Shown one piece after another: positions 1 through 10,592 of a stretch of DNA of 64,000 nucleotides. Numbering within the stretch: position 1 is the stretch's first letter; every line of letters starts with the position of its first letter. The notes under the pieces are model-generated. The model was not told the origin of the DNA and did not search any database. It saw only the letters and a program-made list of their open reading frames with translations. The translations under genes were made by a program, and so were the position numbers. The DNA comes from Callorhinchus milii (Eukaryota), in assembly GCF_018977255.1 (NCBI RefSeq), contig NW_024704742.1, forward strand, positions 103,480,001-103,544,000, written 5' to 3'.

Positions 1-175
1 ACCTTGTCCCTTCCTTCCCCATCTTCTAGTTGCGCCTTAAGACCTTCCTATTCAATCGTGCCTACGATCACCGCCCCCTCCCCCTGGCTCAATGTTGTGC
101 TCCACCACTGTCAAGCGCTCTGGGACGCTACCCTGCATGAGAGGTGCTATATAAATGCAAAGTGCTGTGGTTGTT
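1..175 (+). mobile_element. L2 LINE 3' end fragment
   Basis: ...CTTAAGACCTTCCTATTC...AAGCGCTCTGGGACGCTACCCTGCATGAGAGGTGCTATATAAATGCAA followed by a GTTG tail. Confidence 0.75.
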
Positions 176-514
176 GAGACCATGATCCTTTGTTGTGACA
201 TCTTGACCATAATGGATAATTATTGAAGCTTATATGTACCTTTTGAATGTTGTACTCTTCAAAAAGATTAACACCTCAATCTTCACCAGCTTCAATGTCA
301 TGTATCAAATTTAGTTACTTATTCTTGTACACTGCAAGAATACTGCAACACTGCACTATTACTATTTTGGAAGATTCCATTACTGTACACAATACTTTCA
401 AATTCACATCCAAATACGAGTGATTTTTTTTAATGTCAATGAGAATGGATCATCGTGACATTAAACACAAGGTTTAAAAAATTTGCTTTAGACTGGCTGT
501 AAATATACTCAGAT

Positions 515-2310
515 CAACAACAACACAAATACATGCGTATAGTGCCTTTCATGTTGGGAGGACATCCCAAGGCACTGGACAATCAATGTTTGGGACCCGA
601 GCTAAGGGTCTGGATCGGGGAGGGTGGAGGATAAAGTGGAGAAGGAGGGTGACTGAAGGCATGGTCGGAAAGGAGAGTTTTGAGATGGGTCTCATCCATG
701 GCTTGATGTCTGACAGACATTCTGTCAGTACAGCAGTGGTGCTGGAGTCGTCTTGTTGACGTTTAACTGCATGAAAATTTGCACTCATCCAGCTTTTGAG
801 GTCCAACAGACAAGCTGACAGAACATCAGGGGACTGTGGGTTGCAGCTGGAAAAGTAGAGTTGAGTGTCATCGGCAAACATGTGGAAGTTAACCCCGTGT
901 CTACGGGTGATATCACCGAGAGGGAGCCGATAGATGAGGAAGAGGGGGCCAAGGATGGATCCTTGGGGCACCCCACAGGTGACCGGGTGGAAGCTTGAAG
1001 AAAAGCCATTTGCAGAAATGTAGTGCTGGCGGTTTGTAAGGTAGGACTCGAACCAAGCGAGTGCGGTCCCACTGAGGTGGATGATGGAGGACAAGCAGTG
1101 GAGGAGGATGGTGTGATCGACTGTGGAGAGGTCCAGGAGAACGAGGAGGAAGATGGAGCCCTGGTCACAGATAGAGAGGATATCGCTTGTGACCTTCACG
1201 AGCGCTGTCTCTGTACTGTTGGCAGAGGGGAAACCGGACTGGACGGGTTTGAGTAGGGTGTGGAGGGATAGGTGTGCGTGAAGTTGGTTGGCAACAATGC
1301 GTTCCAGAGCTTTGGCCAGGAAGGGCAGATTTGAGATAGAATGGAGGTGGTGGTAGGTGACACGGGCCAGAGGGATGAAGCTGCCAGGCAGATGTTGCCA
1401 ATTTTAGAGGTAAGTAAGTCCATGACCTCTTTGCACTTGGCATTAGATGTGATGATTGAGGGGCTTGAGGGGGCGCACGGAGGAGGTGGTGGTCGGTGGA
1501 GAATAGGATTTCGGAGGTACTGTTGGCTTCCAGTATGATGTATGAGTAGAGCGCAGTTTTTGCTTGTGACAGGGAGCGGCGGTAGGTGTGAAGATGCTTG
1601 AGCCACAGCTGGTGGTGAACCATGAAGCTGGTTTTCTGCCATCTGCGCTCAAGCAACCGGGTTTGGGATTTTAGGGAGTGGAGATGGCTGTTGTACCAGG
1701 GGGAGCGCATGGGTTTGGAGTCAGTCCTGGATTTCAGGGGGATGCGGGAGTTGAAGATGAAGGAGAGGCGATCATGGAGCAGCTTGACGGCTGCTTCAGG
1801 GTCACTGCGGGTAGAAGGCCAAAGGGATAGGAGGTCTGAGGATGAGAGGGCCTTTGTACGGGTCTTGGGGGGGGAAGCCTTTTCCATGGGTGGAAAACTT
1901 TGGTTGAGGGCTTGATGGAGGAGAAAGGGATGTGAGAGGAGAAGGAGATGAGGAAGCGGTCCAAGATAGCCTTGTCCGTGAATATAGATATTGAAAAGGG
2001 ACCAGGGATAGAGCCCTGAGGAACGCCACACTAGACGGTGCAGGGACAAGAGGATAAGCCATTTGTAGAGATGAAGTGGAGACAGTGTGAGAGGTAGGAT
2101 CTGAACCATTCAAGGACAGAACCATGAAGATTGAGATAAGAGGAGAGGCAGAGAAGGAGGATAGAGTGGTCAATGGTATCGAAGGCAACTGAAGTCAAGG
2201 AGGACGAAGAGACAAAGGGAGCCCTGCTCGCAGAAGGACAAAATGTTGTTTGTCAGTTTGGCCAAAGTGGTTTCTGTGCTGTGGGCGGCACGGAAACCCA
2301 ATTGGAAGGG
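515..2310 (-). mobile_element. Degenerate L2 LINE with reverse-transcriptase remnants
   Basis: Frameshifted ORF2 pieces: SPWYN..L..LK...RLLERRWQKT, LVLLDLSTVDHTILL, GVPQGSILGP, FHMFADDTQLY; CAA-repeat tail near 515-530. Confidence 0.9.
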
Positions 2311-3526
2311 TTGGTGAAGGGAGTGGTGGGAGAGGTCATGGGGGGCTCCTTATCTACGATTATTCTGAATTGCTTTTGAATAGTAAAATTGGCTATTGGA
2401 AGAATTTGCCTTGTTTGCAGAGCTGAGCAGCCACACAACTGTGCGTTTCCTTAAAAATATGAACGCCGTGCATGCAGCGTATGTCAGATGTTTTGTGCAT
2501 ACATGAATCATGCATGCCCACGCGCATTTTGTCTGGGGAGAGAAGCGGTTGATAATTAAGGATTGCAGCATCATGAATAGACATCTACAGGATGTAGCAG
2601 ATGGTATGAAGAGGATTGCATGGGAGGTAAAAGGTTTTACTCATGAACCCAACACAGGTTTCGGCAATCAGCATTCAGATCTGTCCTTGTGCTGATTCTG
2701 AGGGCGTAATTCAGATGATTTATGGAGAAAGATAGATGGATTTTGTCCTTTCAGATGAACCTACTTGTCACTATAAAAAAACTTTGTATAAATATCACTA
2801 ATAAATATATTTTTTTAAAAAGTAAAACCTATAATGCATTCCAGTGAAATTTAAAATGATTTTGTTTATTTCTGTCATTTGCTGCTTTGTGTTCAATAGT
2901 GGTGTTTAGGACCATCTATCCCTGGCACTTCAGCTTCCTGACAGCTCAGGCAAAACAATTCTGTCGATCCACCGTCCCTTCCCACAAATGTCATTGGGAC
3001 ACAATGTTTAACAAGAAGATTTGAGACATTGAAATAAACTATAATTATTTCAATATTTACAGATTGTTTTTTTTCAAAAAGGGAGCCGTTAGCGATATTT
3101 GCATTTAAACATGAGCCTTACAGTTTAGTGCAAGTAAATAGAACTAAACGTCCATTAGAACCTCATGGAGGCCAATAGAAACATTCCCATAAATGTTAAA
3201 ATTTGAAATCAACAGTCCACGTTTGCTGGGCCGATTACAGTAAAACTTTGGAATGTGAAAGAAATGTTATTACCTCTTCAATCTCAACACGTTTGGACGA
3301 CATGTTTACTGAGGTTAGAGTTACTTATACAGTTGTTCTTGGCCATGATAACCTGTTCGGAACCATCTTAGTTGTGCAACTGAAGAGCAATGTCAAACGG
3401 GTGCATTTACTGAGCTTTGCTTCCACCTAACACTGCCTGAGAAATTAACTCAAACTACAATTACTCTACTCTGAACAGCGGCTAGACTTCCAGTCCCACA
3501 ATTCTAAAGATCCCAAAGCCTCTATA

Positions 3527-3855
3527 GGAGTCCTGTAGCTCAGTGGTTAGAGCAATCGCTTTGCAAGTGAGAGACCTGAGTTCAATTCCAGGCAGAGGGC
3601 GAAACCTTGGGCATGTTTCCTTACTCCACACACCTAATAATAATCCCTCCAAAACCCCCCAAAAAACAATAATAAATTGGTCATTTTCAATCTACGATTG
3701 TTTGTGGGACATTGCTGTGCGCAATTGGCTGCGGGTTCGCCCACAAATATACAGTTAATTTACTTTACAGTGTTCTGTGAAGCGCTTTGGGACGTCCTCC
3801 CGACGTGAAAAGCGCTATATCAAATGCAAGGATTATTAAGGATTATTATTATTAT
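3527..3855 (+). mobile_element. Young tRNA(Ala)-derived Deu-type SINE, full length
   Basis: Head GGAGTCCTGTAGCTCAGTGGTTAGAGC..TTGCAA..GAGTTCAATTCC (A/B boxes), core GCTGTGCGCAATTGGCTGC, L2-like tail and (ATT)n. Confidence 0.92.
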
Positions 3856-5610
3856 CTCTTTCACCCCCAGGAACTAAAAAAAAATCCAGACCTTCAGAAA
3901 GTCAGCACCACCCACAAGATATACTACTTATGGCCATGTCTCTAATTTTGCATCAGGACCAGTGGAAGTTGTATTTATGAAGTAATATTGCCCTCTCTCA
4001 CACACGCCCATGAGTCTGCAATTTTGCCCTCACTTTGGTTCAATTCTTCCCACACCCAATAGTCCAGGTGATGTCACAAACTAATAAGAAATAATGGCTC
4101 CACTCAGCAGACACTGCAACAACTGACCCATTTACCATTTAACTCACTAGGCATATCAAATGCAAGGATTATTATTATTAATATTATTTCCCAGGGGGAA
4201 GGATAAAAACCCTCTCATGTCCACACTTAATTTGTCCCTCTAATTGTTTTGGTTCCACAGTGAGATACATATATATTATATACACACACACACACATATA
4301 TATATATAAATGAGGTGCATAGTTTTTAAAAAAATCCTATTACTATTATGCATACTGCTGGCAAAATCCAATGCAGTGCTTGTGGTAAAGCGATTGGGAA
4401 TCGGCTGATGGGTTTTTAAGTGAAATACTGCATATAACGTAGTTTCACACGGAATACCGTGTGCATTTTAGACTAGTCAGCACCAATATTCTCAACGACC
4501 TGAACGTGCTCACAGCACATACCCTCCCATCCCCAGCGAAGGGCGCCCTTTCTTTTCACTTTATTGTACTGCAGGCTAAAGCCCAGGCATTGCATTGCCT
4601 GTTGTACAAAACTATTGAATGCAAAGCATATCAGTCTTAGTCGGGCGTTAAATTCATCCGATTTCACGATTCGCTCATTTTAAAAATAATTAACTCAAAA
4701 AGCAAGTCCGAGATAATACTCTTCTGGACAATTATTCTGAAGAAATCCCTTCTGTTTTGCATTCATATTGTAATGAAATGTGGTCGAAATACACCTTTAC
4801 GATTTTATAAACTTAAGCACACAATGATGGGCATGTTTTAATCTCAACTGCATAAAGTTATGTGAATATTATTGGAGAAATGTAAATAAATCTGTGGTCC
4901 CGCTTTCAAATCAGACCACGTAAAATGTCACTTGTCGGTTAACTTGCAATGTGATCAGAACTAAGCCAACGATATTGTGCAACTTCTTTAGAAAAAGATT
5001 ATTTTTAAAATGAAGGAAAAGCTCATTATATTCGCTAATATTTGAAAGAAAGAACTGCTTGTTTACAGAGTGCATTCAAACCCAAACAGCGTCTTTGAGA
5101 AGGTGGTAAATGAGTGTCTTGTAGGGTATTCGCATTTACATTGAACCACTTCATTCACGTTCACAAACAAACAATATTCTTAGTCTGGTGAAACGTATCA
5201 AAACATTGGAGTTGTCAGTTGGAAACAACATGAATACTGTACAAACCTGAGACTTCACACATCTGGGAAATCTATTGCAAAGATATACAGAATACACCTT
5301 TGCTCTGTATGGTGGGGGTGAGGGGAGAGAATCAAACAGCCCTGTGGTTGCGGTGGTGGTACTGTGACTTAATTCTATCAGACGCTCTCCAGCAAATTCT
5401 TATGGAGAAACTGTGAATGAAACGATTTGGGAACTGTATTAATTTGCTGGTAAATTGGATTGTGGTTGCACTGCGAGTACAATGTGTTTAAATAATTGAG
5501 GCAATGTATCCAACGTAATTATAACAACGGTGTTCTGAGACACGTAAATATTTTATAGCTGCCAATTCAAAACCTCGGGTTGTCAAGTCACATTGGGCTT
5601 TGAAACCTGC

Positions 5611-5747
5611 ATATATATAATATATATAATAATAATATATATAATATATATATAATATATATAATAATAATATATATCACATATATATAATATATAATAT
5701 ATAAATAATATATATATAATATATAAATATATATAATATATATATAT
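5611..5747. repeat. (TA)n/(TAA)n AT-rich microsatellite
   Basis: ~135 bp of nearly pure A/T. Confidence 0.95.
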
Positions 5748-6546
5748 CCTTGCTTCGATTGCAAATAGACACTTTGGATTTATACGGAAGAGGACAGGAT
5801 TTTTTTAATATGGAAATGAGTCAGTTTGGGGAATATCAAATGATGCTCTTGTTGCACTATTTCACCGTCGTGGGCATTTGGAATTAAGTAGGAAATCAAA
5901 GTGAAGCTTAATTTCGCCTCCTGACTCTCTCTCTCTTTCTCTCTCTCTCTCTGGCTGAAGCGTCGCTGTGTATTCGTGTGATGGGAAAGAAAGCTTTCGG
6001 CGGAGTCTATTGGAAACTCCTACAGGCGAAGCGAACGGCATAGACATATGCAATCATTGTGTCGCGTCTGGTCTGCAGAGAACCAAAGCACTTTTCCAGG
6101 TAGCAAACAAAACATGAGCGTTCCTTATCCTGCAAAGCGATTTAATAAATCCACCTCCGATCTGAGTTTGGGTTTAGAAATATCACGATTGCTATGCATT
6201 TCATGCTCTGCTCACCTTTGCATTTCATTTATTTTTACTGTACTATTCTTTGCAGGTTTATTCAGAACTCGACTTGCGGATCGCGATACACCGGTGGACT
6301 TTTTTTGGTTTTGAAAAAAAAAATGACTTTTATTAATACACATCGCATAGCAAGAAGTGTTTATCTGATTTTTAAAAGAAAAGAAAAGAAAAGCAAAGCA
6401 AATCGGACAGTCGGGGTCTCCCACACACGCAATCAAACCATGCACCCACCGCACTCAGCCCCAAGCCATGTGTCCCGGTGAGACGCAACCAAAGGTTTGC
6501 CATCCGCACACAACAAAAAAAAGAGAGAATTTAAAAATACTGTTAC

Positions 6547-6642
6547 CTGGATTTCCCGCGCGTGGTACACAATAATCAGCCCGAGCAGAATAATCGTGGA
6601 AAGGCTAATAAGGCATTTTAGAGCTAACGAATACAGCGACTC
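6547..6642 (-). CDS. KCNN2: KCNN2 second coding exon (S2 helix), 96 nt, phase 0-0
   Basis: Encodes [32 protein letters not shown]. Acceptor TGTTGCTCTTTGCAG|G (6643/6642) and donor CAG|GTAACA (6547/6546); in frame with the preceding exon. Confidence 0.96.
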
Positions 6643-6769
6643 CTGCAAAGAGCAACAGAAATAGTTTTGAGTTTCGCATCAAAACCTGTGAAACAAACAG
6701 ATTAACCGGATTGCATTGGTGAGATGCGGACGTGCACATGCAACGTTGCTTCTGTGGGTAGAGGGAGGG

Positions 6770-7367
6770 AGGGGGTGTGGAGGGTGTGTGTGTGTGGGGG
6801 GGGGGTGGGTGGGGGTGTGTGTGTGGGGGGGGGGTGGGGGTGTGTGTGGGGGTGTGTGTGTGTGTGTGGGGGGGGGGTGGGTTGGGGTGGGTGTGTGTGA
6901 GGGTGTATGTGTGGGTGTGTGTGTGTGAGGGTGTGTGTGTGTGAGGGTGTGTGTGTGTGAGGGTGTGTGTGGGGGGGTGTTGGGGTGTGTGTGTGTGTGA
7001 GGGTGTGTGTGGGGGGGTGGGGGTGTGGGGGGTGGGTGTGTGTGTGTGTGTGTGAGGGGTGTGTGGGGGGGGTGGGGGGGTGGGGTGTGTCTGTGGGGGG
7101 TGGGTGTGTGTGGTGGAGGGGGGTGTGTGTGGGGGGTGGGGGGTGGGGGTGTGTGGGGGGGTGTGTGGGGGGGTGTGGGGTGTGTGGTGGGGGGTGTGTG
7201 GGGGTGTGGTGTGTGGGGGGGGGTGTGGAGGGTGTGTGGGGGGGGTGGGTGGGTGGGGTGTGTGTGAGGGTGTGTGTGTGGGGGGTGTGTGTGTGTGGGG
7301 GGGGGGGTGTGAGGGGGTGGGGTGTGGGGGTTTGTGTGGGGGTGTGTGTGGGAGAGGGGGTGGGGGT
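6770..7367. repeat. ~600-bp (GT)n/(G)n composite low-complexity repeat inside the KCNN2 intron 6643-7561
   Basis: Almost exclusively G and T, alternating GT runs and G4-G10 tracts. Confidence 0.95.
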
Positions 7368-7561
7368 CAGAGACTAATTCTGGCGGTAAAAAGCAGCAGA
7401 ATCAAACCACGGCTCTCTCCGCTATTAACCTGCAAAGCGCAGCGGCGGCTGCACGCGGCGAGTGGTAAGTCGCTCACGCGGTGGCGAGTGCGAATGAAGC
7501 CGCCGGTGACACGCGGTCCCGAACGCGCCGCGTCTCATCGGAGCTCCGCCGCGGCTCTCAC

Positions 7562-8632
7562 CTTCTGATACGCTCCCCACGCGAGTTCGGTCTCGATGAC
7601 CATCACCACGATCCCAAACATCCCGAAGATCAGGGCATAGTCACTGAGCCGCTTCCTTTTCTCAAACAGCGCTCTCCGGTGTCCCAGTTTGTAGCCGATG
7701 TTCTGGTTTTTCTTTTTGCTCGACTTGTTGTTGCTGTTCCCGCCGCTGCTGCCGCCGCCGCCGCTGCCGCCGCCTCCTCCTCCCCCTCCCCCGCCGCCGC
7801 CGCCGCCCGCGCTCCCCCCGTACGACACCACCGTGGTGGAGTTGTTCTGCTCGGGCTTCGACACCACGATCTCCGGGGCGACGGTGGTGAAGATGGGCTG
7901 CAGGGGCTGCGATTCCGAGTCCAGTTCGTGCAGGTTCCTCCTGGACGCGCCGAGGTTGCTGAGCGGCCGCATGACGCCGCCGTTGTACCTGCAGCTGCTC
8001 ATGGCTATTTCGGTGAAGGGGTTGCTCTCCCTGCGGTGGCTGCCGGGGCTGGGGCTGGGGCTGGCGGGGCTGGGCTGCCGGGGCTGGGGCTGCCGGGGGG
8101 AGCCGGCATGGCTGGCCGAGGAGGGCGAGAACTCGCTCACGTTCAGCTGACTGCCTTGCTGGGAGGACGACGACGAGAGGGGCGAATTAGTCCTGAAAGC
8201 CACGGGAGAAGAGGTGCGCAGAAGGAGTGGGTTGTCCCCGGCAGGACAGGTGCACCTGATCCATTCCCCCCGCTGCTGCTGCTGCTGCTGCTGTTGGTGA
8301 CTGTGACTGCTGCTGCTGTGGTGCTGCTGCTGTTGGTGACTGTGACTGCTGCTGCTGCTGTGGTGCTGCTGCTGCTGTTGTTGGCTGTGACTGCTGTGGT
8401 GCTGCTGTTGGTGGCTGTGACTGCTGCTGTGCTGCTCCTGGAAGAACCCGTGGAACTGCAATGGGGTTTCCATGTCAGCGCTGTTAAAGCCGCAGGAGCG
8501 GGCTGTGCACCCTGCGCAATGCGTTACGGCGGGGCTGGGGGAAGCCCGGCGCGGGGCGGAGGGGCCCATCCCGGCTCCCGTAGAATCCAGACACCGCGTC
8601 CGATTGGTCGGACGGACCAAAACAATCGGCAT
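7562..8632 (-). CDS. KCNN2: KCNN2 (SK2/KCa2.2) major coding exon: long N-terminus through S1 transmembrane helix (357 codons)
   Basis: Translation begins [20 protein letters not shown] and contains [27 protein letters not shown] and [52 protein letters not shown], matching vertebrate SK2-L as I recall it. Ends at phase-0 donor AAG|GTGAGA (7562/7561). Confidence 0.96.
7739..7819 (-). repeat. Coding GGC/GGA repeat encoding a poly-Gly/Ser tract
   Basis: [27 protein letters not shown] in the KCNN2 frame. Confidence 0.9.
8000..8002 (-). other. KCNN2: Internal in-frame ATG of the short SK2-S isoform (MSSCRYNGG...), Met211 of the long ORF
   Basis: CAT at 8000-8002, 630 nt downstream of the 8632 ATG, context [23 protein letters not shown] is the known SK2-S N-terminus. 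Confidence 0.85.
8272..8435 (-). repeat. Coding tandem repeat encoding His/Ser/Gln units ([13 protein letters not shown])
   Basis: About four units of (CAG/AGC)n with CACAGTCACCAAC spacers in the KCNN2 frame. Confidence 0.9.
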
Positions 8633-8677
8633 GACGTAATGTGGAGGGCGGGGCCCGGGCCCTGGGGGGGGCGGGGC
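8601..8677 (-). promoter_or_regulatory. Cluster of GC boxes, CRE/ATF-like site and CCAAT box
   Basis: GGGGGCGGGGC (8667-8677), GAGGGCGGGGC (8644-8654), TGACGTAA (8632-8639), ATTGG (8603-8607; GACCAATCGG on minus). Confidence 0.55.
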
Positions 8678-9015
8678 CCTGGGGGGGGGGGGGGGAGCGC
8701 CGCGCGGGGCTCTCTGTGCCTTTCACGGCGCGGCTCCTCGGGCGCTCGCACCGCCGCGCACTCTCCCTCTTCCCTCTCCCCGCGAAGTCAGGCGGACGGA
8801 CACCGGCAATGTCCCGCCCGGGCCTGAGCTCCGGCTCAGGCTAATCGGAGACAACCGGCAAATGCAACCAGTCTTTGCATTTGGGATTCAGTGAAACAAG
8901 GCGATGAGGGACCGAGGGCAGAGGATGGGGAGGGAGGGAGGGAGGGAGGGGAGGGTAAAGCAAGTGCAGCTCATGGGAGCCCCTCCGGCTGTGCACGGCT
9001 GCCGCTTGGCTTAAC

Positions 9016-9231
9016 CCGCTCTGCTTTTCTCGCAGGTCGCCGTTCGCGAGGGCACCGGGAAAGGGACGTCTTGCTGCAGAGCTGCTGTCACGCCGGTCGG
9101 TGACGGGCCGCGCCGTCCTTCATCGTTTGCAGGACCCGCAGCGGTAACGGAGGCGTCATCGGGATCCCGAGGGAGGGAAGAGGTGCGAGGATCAGGGCAG
9201 CGATCCCCGCTCGGGGGCCATGGGGTCCCTC
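9016..9231 (-). other. Candidate upstream KCNN2 exon (216 nt, open in phase 1-1)
   Basis: Acceptor CTTCCTCTCTCTCTCT(GT)nCTGCAG|G at 9232/9231; weaker donor G|GTTAAG at 9016/9015; no stop in the phase-1 frame. No transcript evidence available. Confidence 0.45.
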
Positions 9232-9237
9232 CTGCAG

Positions 9238-9271
9238 ACACACACACACACACACACACAGAGAGAGAGAG
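9238..9271. repeat. (CA)n(GA)n microsatellite
   Basis: Direct sequence; forms the pyrimidine/UG tract of the candidate acceptor at 9232 on the minus strand. Confidence 0.9.
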
Positions 9272-10592
9272 GAAGACGCTATAGGCTGTGAATGGAAATG
9301 ACTGCGGGGAGACGGGGGGCAACTGGTGCAGTAGTACCTTTCCCCCTTTGTGACAGTCCGTACCCCCACAGCACCTCTGTGCGGGGAGTCAGTCAGTCAG
9401 TCAGTGAGTGCAGAGGAACGGGAGCGCCGAGGGTTGGTTTCTGGGGTTGTGCTGATATCCCGTCTATAACCTGTTACGTTTGTGTATTTTTAAACACAAA
9501 CAACAGGCGATGACAGTGGCCGTACAGTGTACTTATATCGCACCAAAACGACCCGAGTGCGATACGGCGCTGTGACTGCACTGTCCTCTCTCACTGTTCT
9601 CCCTCGAGTTACTTTGTCGAATAGAAACGTGTTGCTCTCCGCTGGTCGGAGGCTCCGGCGCCGCGGACTGTACACCGCCTTCGCTAAATGTGCGGACACG
9701 CGGTACATTTACCCATTGCTTCGTGGACTTTTATTGCACTCACTCGTGGCCATTGACTGCATCATCGCTGTATTTGGAATTTGAAACGAATCACACGCAC
9801 CGCAACCAACACACCCAGAGCTCAGCTCCAGCAATGCGGTGACCTTTCTTACCCTATTGTGTTTCAAGCCTCGAGTCCTCAGGTCATTAAACTAATACCC
9901 CCCCAACCCCCCCCCCCCCCCCCCGCTATCACCACTGTAATCACTGGACCTCTGCCTTGTGGTGATGAGGGTCCTTCCCTTTCGAAAGGATTCTCCCCTT
10001 TTTTGTAAATCTATTGAAAAGGGACACATCATAACGTGCCTTGTGTTCAAACTGAAAGGCGATCGCCAATGGCGAGTAATCCATTCCTGACAATTCATTG
10101 CATTTTTACTCACCACGTGGTGAAAAACAAAATGTTCACATCAAGTTAAAGACCACGGAACAAATTCTGACGTGAATGAATTGCAGTTTTCAGTCAACAG
10201 ACAACGGTGCATTAAAGCAATTGCTTCGCAATACAACGTTGCAAAAGAGGCAGCAAAACCCATTCTTGAAACCGGATCGGTTTCATTAAGTAATTGGATT
10301 CTTGGCCTGTATCCGATTTCTTGAAATACTATTCTGCGTCTCCTGTAAAGATCGTTACCAGCTGTTTGTTGCATTTTACGTTTTTGCAACGAGTGAGAAT
10401 TAATAATTCATTTTAGCAGGGAACCCTGTCTGTATTATGTCGGAGTCACCAATATAATAGTTTATGCTATGTTTCATTTCAATGCAAGAATGCCACAGCT
10501 TTCACAGGTAAGTAATAATTCACCACTTCTTTACAGCCAACCGAGTAATGCGTTGTGTTCATTTGCATTATTGAACATTTCAACTAATGTAA

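Larger units (their letters stand above)
7420..9800. promoter_or_regulatory. CpG island / KCNN2 promoter region
   Basis: Strongly GC- and CpG-rich against an AT-rich, CpG-poor background; spans the coding exon and ~1.1 kb upstream; contains GC boxes. Confidence 0.85.

Noticed and set aside
3527..3600. tRNA-Ala(TGC)-like sequence, also at the other SINE heads
   Set aside because: No complete acceptor stem, and it continues into the SINE body and tail; a SINE head, not a tRNA gene.
3901..3921. RE1-like GTCAGCACCACCCACAAG (and half-site at ~4476)
   Set aside because: Right half-site lacks the essential GG(A)CAG; only a left half-site.
1..6546. Search for the next KCNN2 exon (LFMVDNGADDWRIAM...)
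   Set aside because: Not found in the ORF track or by eye; it must lie beyond the left edge of the window.
6716..7568. Gly/Val/Cys/Trp-rich ORFs
   Set aside because: Translations of the GT/G simple repeat, which lacks stop codons.
7481..8827. 448-aa plus-strand ORF and 150-aa ORF 7698-8150
   Set aside because: Antisense shadows of the GC-rich, triplet-repeat KCNN2 exon; poly-Ala/Leu/Pro runs mirror its repeats; no recognisable domain.
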